Part shown: positions 28,790-38,776 of the stretch, piece by piece
How the letters are laid out: every line of letters begins with the position of its first letter
Numbering within the stretch: position 1 is the stretch's first letter
Assembly: GCA_937988825.1 (NCBI GenBank)
Contig: CALKHT010000056.1
Span: forward strand, 1 to 64,000
Direction of reading: 5' to 3'
Length of the DNA: 64,000 bases
Source: an uncultured Phycisphaeraceae bacterium
GTDB lineage: Bacteria; Planctomycetota; Phycisphaerae; Phycisphaerales; Phycisphaeraceae
Notes under the pieces: model-generated
The model's database searches: none
Seen by the model: the letters and a program-made list of their open reading frames with translations, nothing else
Told to the model about the DNA's origin: nothing
Made by a program: the position numbers and the translations under genes

Positions 28790-28972
28790 TCAGATCTCCC
28801 GTTTACCCTCGACCGACAGCGAGCCGGATGTCGTCCGGGAATCAGCCTGCTCAAAGAAGGGCAGATAACCACCCGCCACCTCTTTCAGTTGCTCGTCGGT
28901 CAGTTCCTTCGAGGTGTCTCGCGTTGGCTGCTTCTCGGGTTTGTCGGTTTTCACTTTCGGTACTCCTTTCAT
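28790..28972 (-). CDS. Double-glycine leader peptide precursor
   Basis: Leader ends ELTDEQLKEVAGG; core is YLPFFEQADSRTTSGSLSVEGKREI. AAGGAG precedes an in-frame GTG (alternative start MKTDKPEK). Confidence 0.65.
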   Translation of the reverse strand: MKGVPKVKTDKPEKQPTRDTSKELTDEQLKEVAGGYLPFFEQADSRTTSGSLSVEGKREI

Positions 28973-29227
28973 TTATACATCGCGGCGTGACCATGTTGGC
29001 ACGGTGAGCATCGGAGATGCCTGCGAGCGGCTTGACCGAAGGTGGGCGTGAAACGTGCCCTGCCGCGGGGACACAACCTTTTGCACCGATTTGGCAAGCT
29101 GCGCGATTCCGATTGCGCCGATCAGGCAATCTGTAACGGTTGGTTATGCCGCGCTGACCACAAGCCGATACGTGCCTAGAGCAACGACTTCCACGAGGAG
29201 GTCCAGATCAGGAGGCGCAGGTCATCA

Positions 29228-30922
29228 GTGCATTGCGATTATCGGTCCATTCGCGGGTCACGATGTTCGACCACGCTGTCACTGGGACTGCTGGCGATCA
29301 GCGCGCTGTCACCGGGGTGTACCGGCCCGCTGGATCATGCGCTCGATGAGGCAGTGCGTCGCCGACTGGGGCCCATCGAGCGCATCGCGCTGGAGGAGCA
29401 CAGCGCCGAACCGACCATCACCGCGGCGCAGGCAGCCGAGGCTGGCGCGGAGCCGATAACCGATCCACAACCGCCCGATACCGTGCGTGAGATCACCATT
29501 GAAGAGGTTCGCGCTACGGCCCTGCGATACAACCTGGGCCTGCAGGTGGAGCGGCTCGATCCGCTCATCGCGGCGGAGATCCTGACGGAGGAAGAAGCCC
29601 GCTTCGAGGCAGTCTTCTTCGGCAACACGCGCTACGCTGATACCGACCCGCGCATCAATCGCGAAGTACCTTCGCTCGGTTCGCCCGGCGTTGAGCAGTG
29701 GGCCAGCGAAGTGGGCATCGAGGTGCCGCTTCGCACCGGCGGAACCGCGACCGTCAGCACCAGCCACTTCGCCCAGGGGGTGAAGCTGCCGGGCGTCGCG
29801 GATGAACATGAGATCGCTGCTCGCTTTTCGATCAGTCAGCCGCTGCTTCGCAATGCGGGCTATGCGGTAAATCAGGCGCCAATTCGTGTGGCGGCGGCGC
29901 AACATTATCAGGCGTCGGCGCGCACACGGCTGGCCGCCATTCGCGTCATGACAGAGGCGGAGCGCGCCTACTGGCGATTTGCCTTCACCGCTCGGCAGGT
30001 GGAGGTTCAGCGCCAGCTTTACGAAAACGGGCTGGAGCAGCTTCGTCGAGCGCAACGGCTGGCGGAGGAAGGTGTGGTGGCTGGCATCGAGGCTGAACGC
30101 GCCCGGGCCGGCCTGTCGCGCCATGTCGATGCGGTCATCGTTGCGGAAACGCAGCGGCGACAGGCCGAACGCCAGCTTAAACGCATCATGAATCATCCCG
30201 ATCTGCCGGTGGATGGTCCGACGACATTGATTCCCGTCAGCGATCCCAACCCGATCTACCTCGCGCTGGATGCGGAGAACTTCACGCGTCACGCGATGCA
30301 GCACCGCATGGAAATGCTCGACCTGGAACTGCAACTGGCGATCGACGCGATTCAGGTTGACCTGGCACGCAACCGCACGCTGCCGCTGGTCGCGCTGCAG
30401 TTCGATTACTCCTTTCGCGGCACGCATAACTCTGCCGGTCGGGCGTTCAACGCAATGCTGCACGACGACATAAGTGACTGGCTCGTGGGAGCCGAGGTGC
30501 GCATTCCGCTGGGTAACGAAGCAGCGCGGGCGGCGTTGCGCCGCGCACTATTGCAACGGCTGCGAACGGCTGGCAGCAAGGCAGACCAGGTCGAACAGAT
30601 CAAGCAGGACGTTCACGATGCGCTGGACCAGTTGCAGCAGAACTGGCGTCGCATCCTCGCTGCACGGCGGGAAGTCGTGCTGCAGGGCCGCATTTATGAA
30701 GCGGAGCAACGTCAGTTCCAGGCGGGCACCGTCACGATGACAGAGGTGCTCGATGCCGCCCAGTTCCTTGCGGACGCCCAGATTCGCGAGATCGATGCAC
30801 TGACGGATTACGAGATCGCAAAGGTAGAGTTCGCCTACGCCACCGGCACGGTGCTGGGTCACGGACGGGTGCACTGGGAAGGCGATCAAACATACGAACG
30901 GCTTCTTCCATCGGAACGCTGA
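29228..30922 (+). CDS. TolC/NodT-family outer-membrane efflux lipoprotein
   Basis: Lipobox LLAISALSPGC followed by the two-repeat coiled-coil/beta-barrel TolC architecture; 564 aa. Confidence 0.75.
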   Translation: MHCDYRSIRGSRCSTTLSLGLLAISALSPGCTGPLDHALDEAVRRRLGPIERIALEEHSAEPTITAAQAAEAGAEPITDPQPPDTVREITIEEVRATALRYNLGLQVERLDPLIAAEILTEEEARFEAVFFGNTRYADTDPRINREVPSLGSPGVEQWASEVGIEVPLRTGGTATVSTSHFAQGVKLPGVADEHEIAARFSISQPLLRNAGYAVNQAPIRVAAAQHYQASARTRLAAIRVMTEAERAYWRFAFTARQVEVQRQLYENGLEQLRRAQRLAEEGVVAGIEAERARAGLSRHVDAVIVAETQRRQAERQLKRIMNHPDLPVDGPTTLIPVSDPNPIYLALDAENFTRHAMQHRMEMLDLELQLAIDAIQVDLARNRTLPLVALQFDYSFRGTHNSAGRAFNAMLHDDISDWLVGAEVRIPLGNEAARAALRRALLQRLRTAGSKADQVEQIKQDVHDALDQLQQNWRRILAARREVVLQGRIYEAEQRQFQAGTVTMTEVLDAAQFLADAQIREIDALTDYEIAKVEFAYATGTVLGHGRVHWEGDQTYERLLPSER

Positions 30923-30924
30923 GC

Positions 30925-31464
30925 ATGCGCAAGGTGCTTTATATCCTGGCGGACCTTTCCGACAGCGACGTGGACTGGCTTGCCCAGGTGGGAACTCACC
31001 GGCAGGTGGTGGACGGCGAAGCAATCATCCGACAGGGCGAACCCGCCACGCACCTTTTCATCGTGATCGACGGTCGACTGGCTGTGCAGGCGGCGGACGG
31101 CTCCACCGTCGCCATCCTCGAACAGGGGGAAGTGGTGGGCGAGCTGTCGTTCCTTGATTCGCGCCCCCCCACGGCGACCGTCGTGGCACGCGGGCCCGCA
31201 CTGGTGCTGGCGATCGATCGTCAGGTGCTGTCACGCAAGCTTGCCTCCGACCATTCATTCGCGGCCGGGTTCTATCGCGCGCTGGGTGTCTTTCTGGCCA
31301 GTCGTCTGCGCCAGACGATGGCGAGCATGGCTGCGCCGAAAGGACGCATGCTCGACGACGATGTGGAAGACCCGGATGAGATCGACCCCGCCCTGCTCGA
31401 TTCGATGGCGCTGGCGGGCAAGCGATTCGAAATGCTGCTGAACCGGTTCCGCAGCGCAGGGTAA
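30925..31464 (+). CDS. Cyclic-nucleotide-binding domain protein
   Basis: GEVVGELSFLDSRPPTATVVARGPALVLAIDRQVL is a CAP-family cNMP-binding signature; 179 aa; start one codon after the TolC-like stop. Confidence 0.75.
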   Translation: MRKVLYILADLSDSDVDWLAQVGTHRQVVDGEAIIRQGEPATHLFIVIDGRLAVQAADGSTVAILEQGEVVGELSFLDSRPPTATVVARGPALVLAIDRQVLSRKLASDHSFAAGFYRALGVFLASRLRQTMASMAAPKGRMLDDDVEDPDEIDPALLDSMALAGKRFEMLLNRFRSAG

Positions 31465-31470
31465 TCAGGC

Positions 31471-32886
31471 ATGTATAGTCAGAAGGCGCTGGAACATCAC
31501 AATACGCCCGAGCAGCTTGATCAGTTGCTGCGCATCACCGGACGGCGAAGCTGGCTGCCGCTGTCGGTGCTGGCGTTCGCGCTGGCGGGCGTGCTGGTGT
31601 GGTCGATCGTCGGGCAGATTCCGCTGACAGTGGATGGTTACGGCGTCCTGGTGCGGCCGCGACGCATGGTGTCATTTCAGGCGCCGGGCACGGGACAGAT
31701 TCTGGAGCTGCGCGTAAATGCCGGCGATCGCGTGGAAGCTGGGCAGGTCATCGCTGTGCTGCATCAGCCGGAGATACGCCAGCAGTTGGAACAGGCAGAA
31801 GCGCGACTGGCGGAACTGCGCATGCGCCACGACCGGCTGAACCCGCTGCTGCTTCAACGACGCGATCTGCGTCAGCGCGCCATCGAGGAACAGCGCCGGC
31901 TTCTCAAGGAACAGATCGCCTCGGCCACACGCATGGCGGAACTGCAGCGCGAAAAGGCAGACAGCTACATCGCCCAGCAGCAGGACAACATCCAGCGGCT
32001 GCTGGAAACCACACGCAGCCTGGGGCATGCACTTGAGGAACGTTACAAGACCTATCAGAACCTGCGAGTCGAGGGCCTGGTTGATGAAAACGCGCTGCTC
32101 GGAGCGAGACAGCAACTGATCGACAACCGCGTGCGGCTGGCGGACCTGGAACTCAACGCACATGAAGTGGAACTTCGCCGGCTCGAAGCCGAACGCGAAC
32201 ATCGCGACCAGCTTCACCGTGTCGAAGAGTTGCAGGCCCGATTGCACGAACTGGAAGCTGAAGCCTCCGAGGAGATGCGTGCGTTCGAGGAACGCACCAG
32301 CGATGAAGAACTGGCGATCCAGCAACTCGAACAGGAGATCGCACGCTATCGGCAGCAACTCGAAACGCGCGGCAGGCTCGTCAGTCAGTACACCGGCCGG
32401 GTCATCGAAATCACCGGCACCGTCGGGCAGTACGTACGCGAGGGCGAGCGGCTCGGCGCGATCGAGGCGGATGATCCGGAAGGCAATCTGATGGCGGTCG
32501 CGTACTTCGATGTGGGTCATGGCAAACTGTTGCGGCCGGACATGGAAATCCGCATCACACCCACAACCGTACAGCGCGAGCGGCACGGCTCGATCATCGG
32601 CCGCATCACTGAGGTGTCCAGCTTCCCCGTTACCACTGATGCAGTAACCAACGTGGTGGGCAACCATCAGATCGCCCGCGAACTGACCGGCGATCGCAGT
32701 TGCATTCAGGCTTTTTCGATCATGCTGCCCGATCCTCAGGCGCCAAGCGGTTACCGCTGGACATCGGGGCACGGGCCGGATGTCCGCATCACGCCGGGCA
32801 CCACCGTGAGCATTCGTGCGACGACGGAACATCGTCGGCCGATCAGCTTCGTCATCCCCCTGCTGAGGCAATGGAGTGGACTCTGA
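31471..32886 (+). CDS. HlyD-family membrane fusion/secretion protein (NHLM-type bacteriocin secretion protein)
   Basis: N-terminal TM (WLPLSVLAFALAGVLVWSIV), long coiled coil, C-terminal beta domain; 471 aa. Confidence 0.75.
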   Translation: MYSQKALEHHNTPEQLDQLLRITGRRSWLPLSVLAFALAGVLVWSIVGQIPLTVDGYGVLVRPRRMVSFQAPGTGQILELRVNAGDRVEAGQVIAVLHQPEIRQQLEQAEARLAELRMRHDRLNPLLLQRRDLRQRAIEEQRRLLKEQIASATRMAELQREKADSYIAQQQDNIQRLLETTRSLGHALEERYKTYQNLRVEGLVDENALLGARQQLIDNRVRLADLELNAHEVELRRLEAEREHRDQLHRVEELQARLHELEAEASEEMRAFEERTSDEELAIQQLEQEIARYRQQLETRGRLVSQYTGRVIEITGTVGQYVREGERLGAIEADDPEGNLMAVAYFDVGHGKLLRPDMEIRITPTTVQRERHGSIIGRITEVSSFPVTTDAVTNVVGNHQIARELTGDRSCIQAFSIMLPDPQAPSGYRWTSGHGPDVRITPGTTVSIRATTEHRRPISFVIPLLRQWSGL

Positions 32887-35080
32887 CCGCCAGACAACTT
32901 CTCGCTTCAGCCGGGTGAAAACACCCACTGTGCTCCAATTGGAGGCGGTGGAGTGCGGCGCAGCTGCGCTGGCGATGGTGCTGGCGTACCACGGGCGCAT
33001 CGTGCCGCTGGTCACGCTTCGGCGGGACTGCGGCGTGTCACGCGATGGCAGCAAGGCGGCGAACATCCTGCGGGCCGCGCGCAAGCACGGGATGCAGGCC
33101 AAGGGTTTCTCCAAATCGGTTGAGGCGCTGCGCGCGATCAAGCCGCCGACCATTCTTTTCTGGGAGTTCAACCACTTCGTCGTCTGCGAAGGTTTCGGAA
33201 AGGACAAGGTCTACATCAACGACCCTGCAAGCGGACACCGCACCGTAAGTCTGGAGGAGTTCGAACGCTCCTATACGGGCGTGGTGCTGGTGATGGAGCC
33301 GGGGCCGGAGTTTCAGAAGGGTGGCCGACGCCCCAGCGTGATCGGCGCGATTCGCCGTCGGCTGACGGGCAGCATGTCCGCCATCGTGTACTGCATTCTC
33401 GCAGGGTTACTGCTGGTGATTCCCGGGCTGGCAATTCCCGCGTTGACGCAGGTGTTTATCGATCGTGTCGTCATCGAAGCGAGGGCGGACTGGCTGCGCC
33501 CGCTGATCGTCGCGCTCATCGTGGGCATTCTGCTGCAGGTTGGGATCAAGACCCTGCAGTTGCAGATTCTGCGGCGGCTGCGTGTGGCACTGTCGGTGGG
33601 GATGTCCGCCCGATTCATGCGGCATTTGCTCGATCTGCCTGCATCATTCTACGCTCAGCGGTTTCCCGGTGAGATCGCCAACCGATCACAGATCAACGAG
33701 ACAATCGCAGACACCCTGTCCGGTCGACTCACACAGACGGTGATTGACGTCACGATGATCGTCTTTTACGCCGCGGTCATGTTCTATTACGACGCGGTGC
33801 TGACGGGCATTGGCGTGACATTCGCAGCCATCAACTTCATCGTGCTGCAGAAGATGTCGAGCCTGCGCGTCGAATCAAACATGGTGCTGCTGCACAATCA
33901 GGGTGCCGCTCAGGGCGTCGCCATGGCGGGTCTGCAGAGCATCGAAACCATCAAGGCGGGAGGCGATGAAAACGGCTTCTTCGCGCGATGGGCGGGTTAT
34001 CAGGCCAAGGCTGCCAACGCACGGCAGGCACTGGAGCTGGCGAACCGACCGCTTACCGTGCTACCCACGTTGCTCAGCAGTCTCGCGATGGCGGCGATCC
34101 TAAGCATCGGCGCGTTTCGCATCATCGAAGGACATCTGAGCATCGGAATGCTCGTCGCGTTCCAGATGCTCATGACCAGCTTCATGACGCCCATGACCAA
34201 TCTGATGGGGTTCGGTCAGACATTGCAGGAGATGCGCGCGGACCTGGATCGCCTGGACGATGTGCTGGACCATGAAACCGTCACCGCCCGGAAAAACCTC
34301 ACCGCGCAGGCGTCTGCCGATGACGCCACGGCCATCCGCCTCAGAGGCCGTATCGAACTGCGCAATGTCACGTTCGGCTACAGTCCGTTGGAGGAACCCT
34401 TCATTCGCGATTTCAATCTGACCATCGAACCGGGTGAGCATGTTGCGCTGGTCGGCGGTTCCGGATCGGGGAAAACAACCATCGGACGACTCATCAGCGG
34501 CGAATACCAGCCATGGGAAGGCGAAATCCTTTTCGACGGCAAACCGATGCATGAAATCGACCCCGCCGTCATGATCAACTCGTTCGCCACGGTCGATCAG
34601 GAACTGTTCCTCTTCGAAGGCACCGTGCGCGACAATCTCACATTGTGGGATCCGACCGTACCCGATGCCAATCTGCACGCGGCCTGCGAGGATGCGGCGA
34701 TTCACGACACCATTCTCGCGCTGCCCGGCGGATACGACGGACAGCTCGCCGAAGGCGGCACGAATCTCAGCGGCGGTCAGCGCCAACGGCTGGAAATCGC
34801 CCGCGCGCTGGTGAACAACCCCTCGATTCTTCTGCTCGATGAGGCGACCAGTGCCCTTGATAACGAAACGGAACGCTTTGTCGTGGATCGCCTGCGCATG
34901 CGAGGCTGCTCGTGCATCGTCATTGCACATCGTCTGAGCACCATCCGCCATTGCAGCCGCATTGTCGTGCTGGAAAAGGGCCGAATTGTCGAGCAGGGCA
35001 CGCACGATGAACTGATCGCGGCCGACGGCCGGTATGCGCAACTGATCCGTTGCGGCGAAGAGGAGGGAGTGCTGAGCTGA
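32876..35080 (+). CDS. Peptidase-containing ABC transporter (C39 peptidase domain, TMD and NBD; bacteriocin/double-glycine peptide exporter)
   Basis: N-terminal C39 motif QLEAVECGAAALAMVLAYHG, six-helix TMD, Walker A GGSGSGKTT, ABC signature LSGGQRQRL; 734 aa. Confidence 0.85.
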   Translation: MDSDRQTTSRFSRVKTPTVLQLEAVECGAAALAMVLAYHGRIVPLVTLRRDCGVSRDGSKAANILRAARKHGMQAKGFSKSVEALRAIKPPTILFWEFNHFVVCEGFGKDKVYINDPASGHRTVSLEEFERSYTGVVLVMEPGPEFQKGGRRPSVIGAIRRRLTGSMSAIVYCILAGLLLVIPGLAIPALTQVFIDRVVIEARADWLRPLIVALIVGILLQVGIKTLQLQILRRLRVALSVGMSARFMRHLLDLPASFYAQRFPGEIANRSQINETIADTLSGRLTQTVIDVTMIVFYAAVMFYYDAVLTGIGVTFAAINFIVLQKMSSLRVESNMVLLHNQGAAQGVAMAGLQSIETIKAGGDENGFFARWAGYQAKAANARQALELANRPLTVLPTLLSSLAMAAILSIGAFRIIEGHLSIGMLVAFQMLMTSFMTPMTNLMGFGQTLQEMRADLDRLDDVLDHETVTARKNLTAQASADDATAIRLRGRIELRNVTFGYSPLEEPFIRDFNLTIEPGEHVALVGGSGSGKTTIGRLISGEYQPWEGEILFDGKPMHEIDPAVMINSFATVDQELFLFEGTVRDNLTLWDPTVPDANLHAACEDAAIHDTILALPGGYDGQLAEGGTNLSGGQRQRLEIARALVNNPSILLLDEATSALDNETERFVVDRLRMRGCSCIVIAHRLSTIRHCSRIVVLEKGRIVEQGTHDELIAADGRYAQLIRCGEEEGVLS

Positions 35081-37977
35081 TGATCGCCCGGCAGGACATC
35101 GCACTCTCTGCGCCTCAGCCGCTGATGCGACAGATTGTTCGACAGCGGTCGATGCTGCTGAACGAGCCGGACACGGTGTGGATCGTTGAATCGGGCACCG
35201 CGCTTGTTTTTGCCACGATGGTCGAGGGTGATCGGCCCGTCGGTTCCCGGCGAAACCTCTTTCGCGTCAGTGATGGCGACCTGATCGCCTCGATCGCGAC
35301 AGCCCAGCTCGCACTACGGACATTGATGCTCTTCGCCATCAGCGATCTACGGCTGCGCGAGATGTCGCGGGCGGAACTCGCCGAGCGCTGCCAAAGTGAT
35401 ACGAAGATCCGTGAGGCGGTCGATCACTGGCTCTGCCGTCTTGCCGAACTGCTTGAACAGAATGCTCCGCCCGCCGGGGCGGAACGGCTCGATGAAAACA
35501 CGCCGCGCATCGAACTGGAAGCGGGTCGGGCGCTGCGTGTTGCGGGTGATGACTGGCGCTGGCTGGTGATCGAGTGCGGGGCGGTGCGAATCAACGGCGT
35601 CACCAAAATGACCGTGGCGGCAAACGAAACGCCAGTACCGATCGGTGCTGGATTCTGGCTCCAAACCACGCAGTCTACCACGTTGCGCCCGCTCACCGAT
35701 GAGGAGCGTTTCGCCACGCACAGCCTCACCGCAAGCCTGTCGTGGATGCACACACTTGTGCAACGAAGACTGGCTGCGCTTGATGAAGAAGACGCCCAGC
35801 GTGAGCGCATGCGCATCACTTCGCGGCAGTTCGTGCAGCGAGGACTGGTCACGGCCGCGATGGACGAGGTGCGTTCGATTCTTCACCCCACAACATCGCT
35901 GCCACACCGTGAAACGCCGCTGCTCAGCGCGATGGCGGTGATCGGCCAGACGCTGGGTGTCGAAGCACAGCCCCCCGCTGCTTCGGAAGACCTCAGCCTC
36001 GTCAAGGACCCGATCGACGCGATCGCGCGCGCCATGCGCATCCGTCATCGGCGTGTCACGCTGACCGGCGTGTGGTGGAAGGACGACTGCGGCCCGCTGC
36101 TGACGACCGACAGGGAAACACAGAACCCCATCGCGCTTATCAAGCCGACCGTCGGGCCATACCTGGCGGTTGATCCGACCGCGAGCACCACTCAGCCCGT
36201 CGATGCCACGATTGCCGCGCGCCTCGTCTCACAGGCAACGATGTTCTACCGTCCACTGCCCGCATCGGTGACACGGCCGTGGCAACTGCTGTCACTGGCG
36301 CGACAGCGGCAGGGGCTGGACATCGCATTCGTGATCGCACTGTCACTGGTGACGACACTGCTGGGTTTCCTCACACCCATCGCGACCGGCCGACTGATGG
36401 ACCTTGCGATTCCCGATGCCAACGCCCGGCTGGTCGTGGAACTGGGACTGGGGCTTGCCGCGGCGGCTGGGGGCATCGCATTACTACAGATTGCCCAGGC
36501 AGTGCTGGCTGTGCGAATCGCCGTGCGTGCGGAAACCACGCTCGAAGCGGGCGTGTGGGATCGTCTGCTCAGGCTTCGCCCGCGCTTCTTCAGCCGATTC
36601 TCCACCGGCGATCTGCTCATGCGTGCCTCCGCCATCACGCAGATCAGCCGCGAGATCAACGGCGTCACCATGCGCTCGCTGCTCACCAGTCTCATGGGCC
36701 TGCTTAACCTCGCGCTACTCTTTTATTACAGCGCGAAGCTGGCAATGATCGCGATGGTGCTCGTCATCATCGTCGCGCTGGTCACCGGTATCTGCGGCGG
36801 CCTCGTCGGCAGCTACGCCCGACAGCTCATGCAACTGCGTGGCCGAATCTTCGGCATGGTCGTGCAGATTGTCTGCGGCGTCAGCAAGCTCCGTGTCGCC
36901 CAGGCGCAGGAACGCGCCTTTGCCGTCTGGATGCGGCGTTATGCCGAGCAGGTTCGGCTGATCTTCCGCGCTCATCGCGCCCAGGATGTACTGGCGGTGT
37001 TCAACCACGTGCTGCCCACGATCAGCTCGGTCGCGCTGTTCTGGTTCGCCGCGTCCATGCTGCTCGTGGAGGAGGGCAGCACAGTCCAGTCGCTGACGAT
37101 CGGCGCGTTTCTGGCGTTCAATACAGCTATGGGCGTCTTCATCGGCAGCGCGACGGAACTGAGCCTCACGCTGGTGGGACTGGTCGATACGCTCATCAAC
37201 AGCCGGCGTCTCGCCCCGATCCTCGCCGCGGAGCCAGAGGTGCGCCACGAAGCTGCCGACCCTGGCCGACTCACCGGCCATATCAGCCTCTCGCGTGTCC
37301 ATTTCCGCTACCACCCCGACGGCCCGAAGATTCTCGACGGCATCGACCTGGTTGCCGAACCGGGCCAGTTCATCGCACTCACCGGCCCATCCGGCTGCGG
37401 CAAAAGCACCATCCTGCGACTGCTGCTGGGCTTTGAAACACCCGAATCCGGCGTCATCGCCTACGATGGACAGGACCTGGCGGGCCTGGACGTCACGGCA
37501 GTACGGCGGCAGATCGGCGTCGTCCTGCAGTCCAGCCGAATCAACACCGGCTCGATTTTCGATAACATCAGTGGTGGGCTGGCCGTCTCCATGGAGGAGG
37601 CCTGGGAAGCCGCCGAGGACGCCGGACTGGCCGACGACATCCGCGACATGCCCATGGGAATGCACACCATGATCAGCGAGGGCGGCGGCAACATCTCCGG
37701 CGGTCAGCGCCAGCGCCTGTTCATCGCCCGTGCGCTGGTCAAGCAGCCACGCATCCTGCTACTCGACGAAGCGACCAGTGCGCTGGATAATCGTACCCAG
37801 CAGATCGTCAGCCGCAGTCTGGCGCGACGCAACGTGACCCGGATCGTCATCGCCCATCGTCTGAGCACCATTCGCGATGCCGATCGAATCTACATCCTCG
37901 AACACGGACGCATTGTCGATCAGGGAACCTACGATCAACTGAAGCGAACACACGAACTGTTCGTCATGGCAGCCTGA
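35050..37977 (+). CDS. ABC transporter ATP-binding/permease protein with a large (about 300 aa) N-terminal non-peptidase domain (second NHLM-type exporter component)
   Basis: TMD followed by Walker A GPSGCGKST and signature ISGGQRQRL; 975 aa. No C39 Cys motif at the N-terminus. Confidence 0.8.
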   Translation: MRRRGGSAELMIARQDIALSAPQPLMRQIVRQRSMLLNEPDTVWIVESGTALVFATMVEGDRPVGSRRNLFRVSDGDLIASIATAQLALRTLMLFAISDLRLREMSRAELAERCQSDTKIREAVDHWLCRLAELLEQNAPPAGAERLDENTPRIELEAGRALRVAGDDWRWLVIECGAVRINGVTKMTVAANETPVPIGAGFWLQTTQSTTLRPLTDEERFATHSLTASLSWMHTLVQRRLAALDEEDAQRERMRITSRQFVQRGLVTAAMDEVRSILHPTTSLPHRETPLLSAMAVIGQTLGVEAQPPAASEDLSLVKDPIDAIARAMRIRHRRVTLTGVWWKDDCGPLLTTDRETQNPIALIKPTVGPYLAVDPTASTTQPVDATIAARLVSQATMFYRPLPASVTRPWQLLSLARQRQGLDIAFVIALSLVTTLLGFLTPIATGRLMDLAIPDANARLVVELGLGLAAAAGGIALLQIAQAVLAVRIAVRAETTLEAGVWDRLLRLRPRFFSRFSTGDLLMRASAITQISREINGVTMRSLLTSLMGLLNLALLFYYSAKLAMIAMVLVIIVALVTGICGGLVGSYARQLMQLRGRIFGMVVQIVCGVSKLRVAQAQERAFAVWMRRYAEQVRLIFRAHRAQDVLAVFNHVLPTISSVALFWFAASMLLVEEGSTVQSLTIGAFLAFNTAMGVFIGSATELSLTLVGLVDTLINSRRLAPILAAEPEVRHEAADPGRLTGHISLSRVHFRYHPDGPKILDGIDLVAEPGQFIALTGPSGCGKSTILRLLLGFETPESGVIAYDGQDLAGLDVTAVRRQIGVVLQSSRINTGSIFDNISGGLAVSMEEAWEAAEDAGLADDIRDMPMGMHTMISEGGGNISGGQRQRLFIARALVKQPRILLLDEATSALDNRTQQIVSRSLARRNVTRIVIAHRLSTIRDADRIYILEHGRIVDQGTYDQLKRTHELFVMAA

Positions 37978-38020
37978 AACCGGAACCAATACGCGCGACC
38001 ACGACTGTCGCCTGCAACAC

Positions 38021-38680
38021 ATGGCTGAAGGCCTCACCAACCCGACGATCGTCCGTGACGCCGACCTGGAGCGCGCCATCGCCGCCCTTTACGACGCCCG
38101 GCTCCCCTACCACAACTTCGAGCACGCGCTGGCCAACCTGGAAACGTGCCAAAAGCTCATTGACCACTGCATTCAGGTCGGCCGCGATGTGGACGCAACC
38201 ACCATCTACCTCGCCACCCTGCTGCACGATGCCGGCTTCCAGGATGACGAGCAGGCACTGGGCCAGCCTTCCAAGGAAGCCTGGGCCGCCGAACTGGCCG
38301 AACGGCTGCTGCGCAACTTCAACGTGCCCGAAGCAACCATCCAAGCGGTGCGGCAGGCGATCCTCGCCACAGCCTGCGGTCAGCCGTGCCCCACGCTGGA
38401 AGCCTCCATCGTGAAAGCAGCCGACCTGGCGGGACTGGCAGCCGACTACCCCATCTTCGTACGCAACGCTCACCGCCTGTGGCGCGAACAAATGCTGTTG
38501 ACCGGCCAGTCCATCACCTGGGACCAGTGGCGTCAACGCGCCCTGAGCGTGCTGGACCTATACATCGAGGACCTGGCCGCCTGTGCCGCACGACTGCCCG
38601 CCCCCGCTCTTGCGAACGCGGCCATCACCGCCCGCGCCAACTGCGATCGCCTGCGCGAGGAACCCGCCCCGACCGCGTGA
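38021..38680 (+). CDS. HD-domain phosphohydrolase
   Basis: YHNFEHALANLE...LLHDAGF is an H...HD...D metal-binding pattern; 219 aa. Confidence 0.6.
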   Translation: MAEGLTNPTIVRDADLERAIAALYDARLPYHNFEHALANLETCQKLIDHCIQVGRDVDATTIYLATLLHDAGFQDDEQALGQPSKEAWAAELAERLLRNFNVPEATIQAVRQAILATACGQPCPTLEASIVKAADLAGLAADYPIFVRNAHRLWREQMLLTGQSITWDQWRQRALSVLDLYIEDLAACAARLPAPALANAAITARANCDRLREEPAPTA

Positions 38681-38776
38681 ATCGTGAACGCCTGGTGGAA
38701 TCATCACCAGGCCACAAGTCGCCCCTCAACACAACATTGCAAACCCCTGCGCTACAGTGCTAGAATCACTGCCCAC

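Noticed and set aside
29309-37665. Several long minus-strand ORFs (29309..30463, 31672..33207, 34100..35104, 35347..36048, 36715..37665)
   Set aside because: All lie antisense to the well-supported TolC/HlyD/ABC genes; high-GC shadow ORFs.
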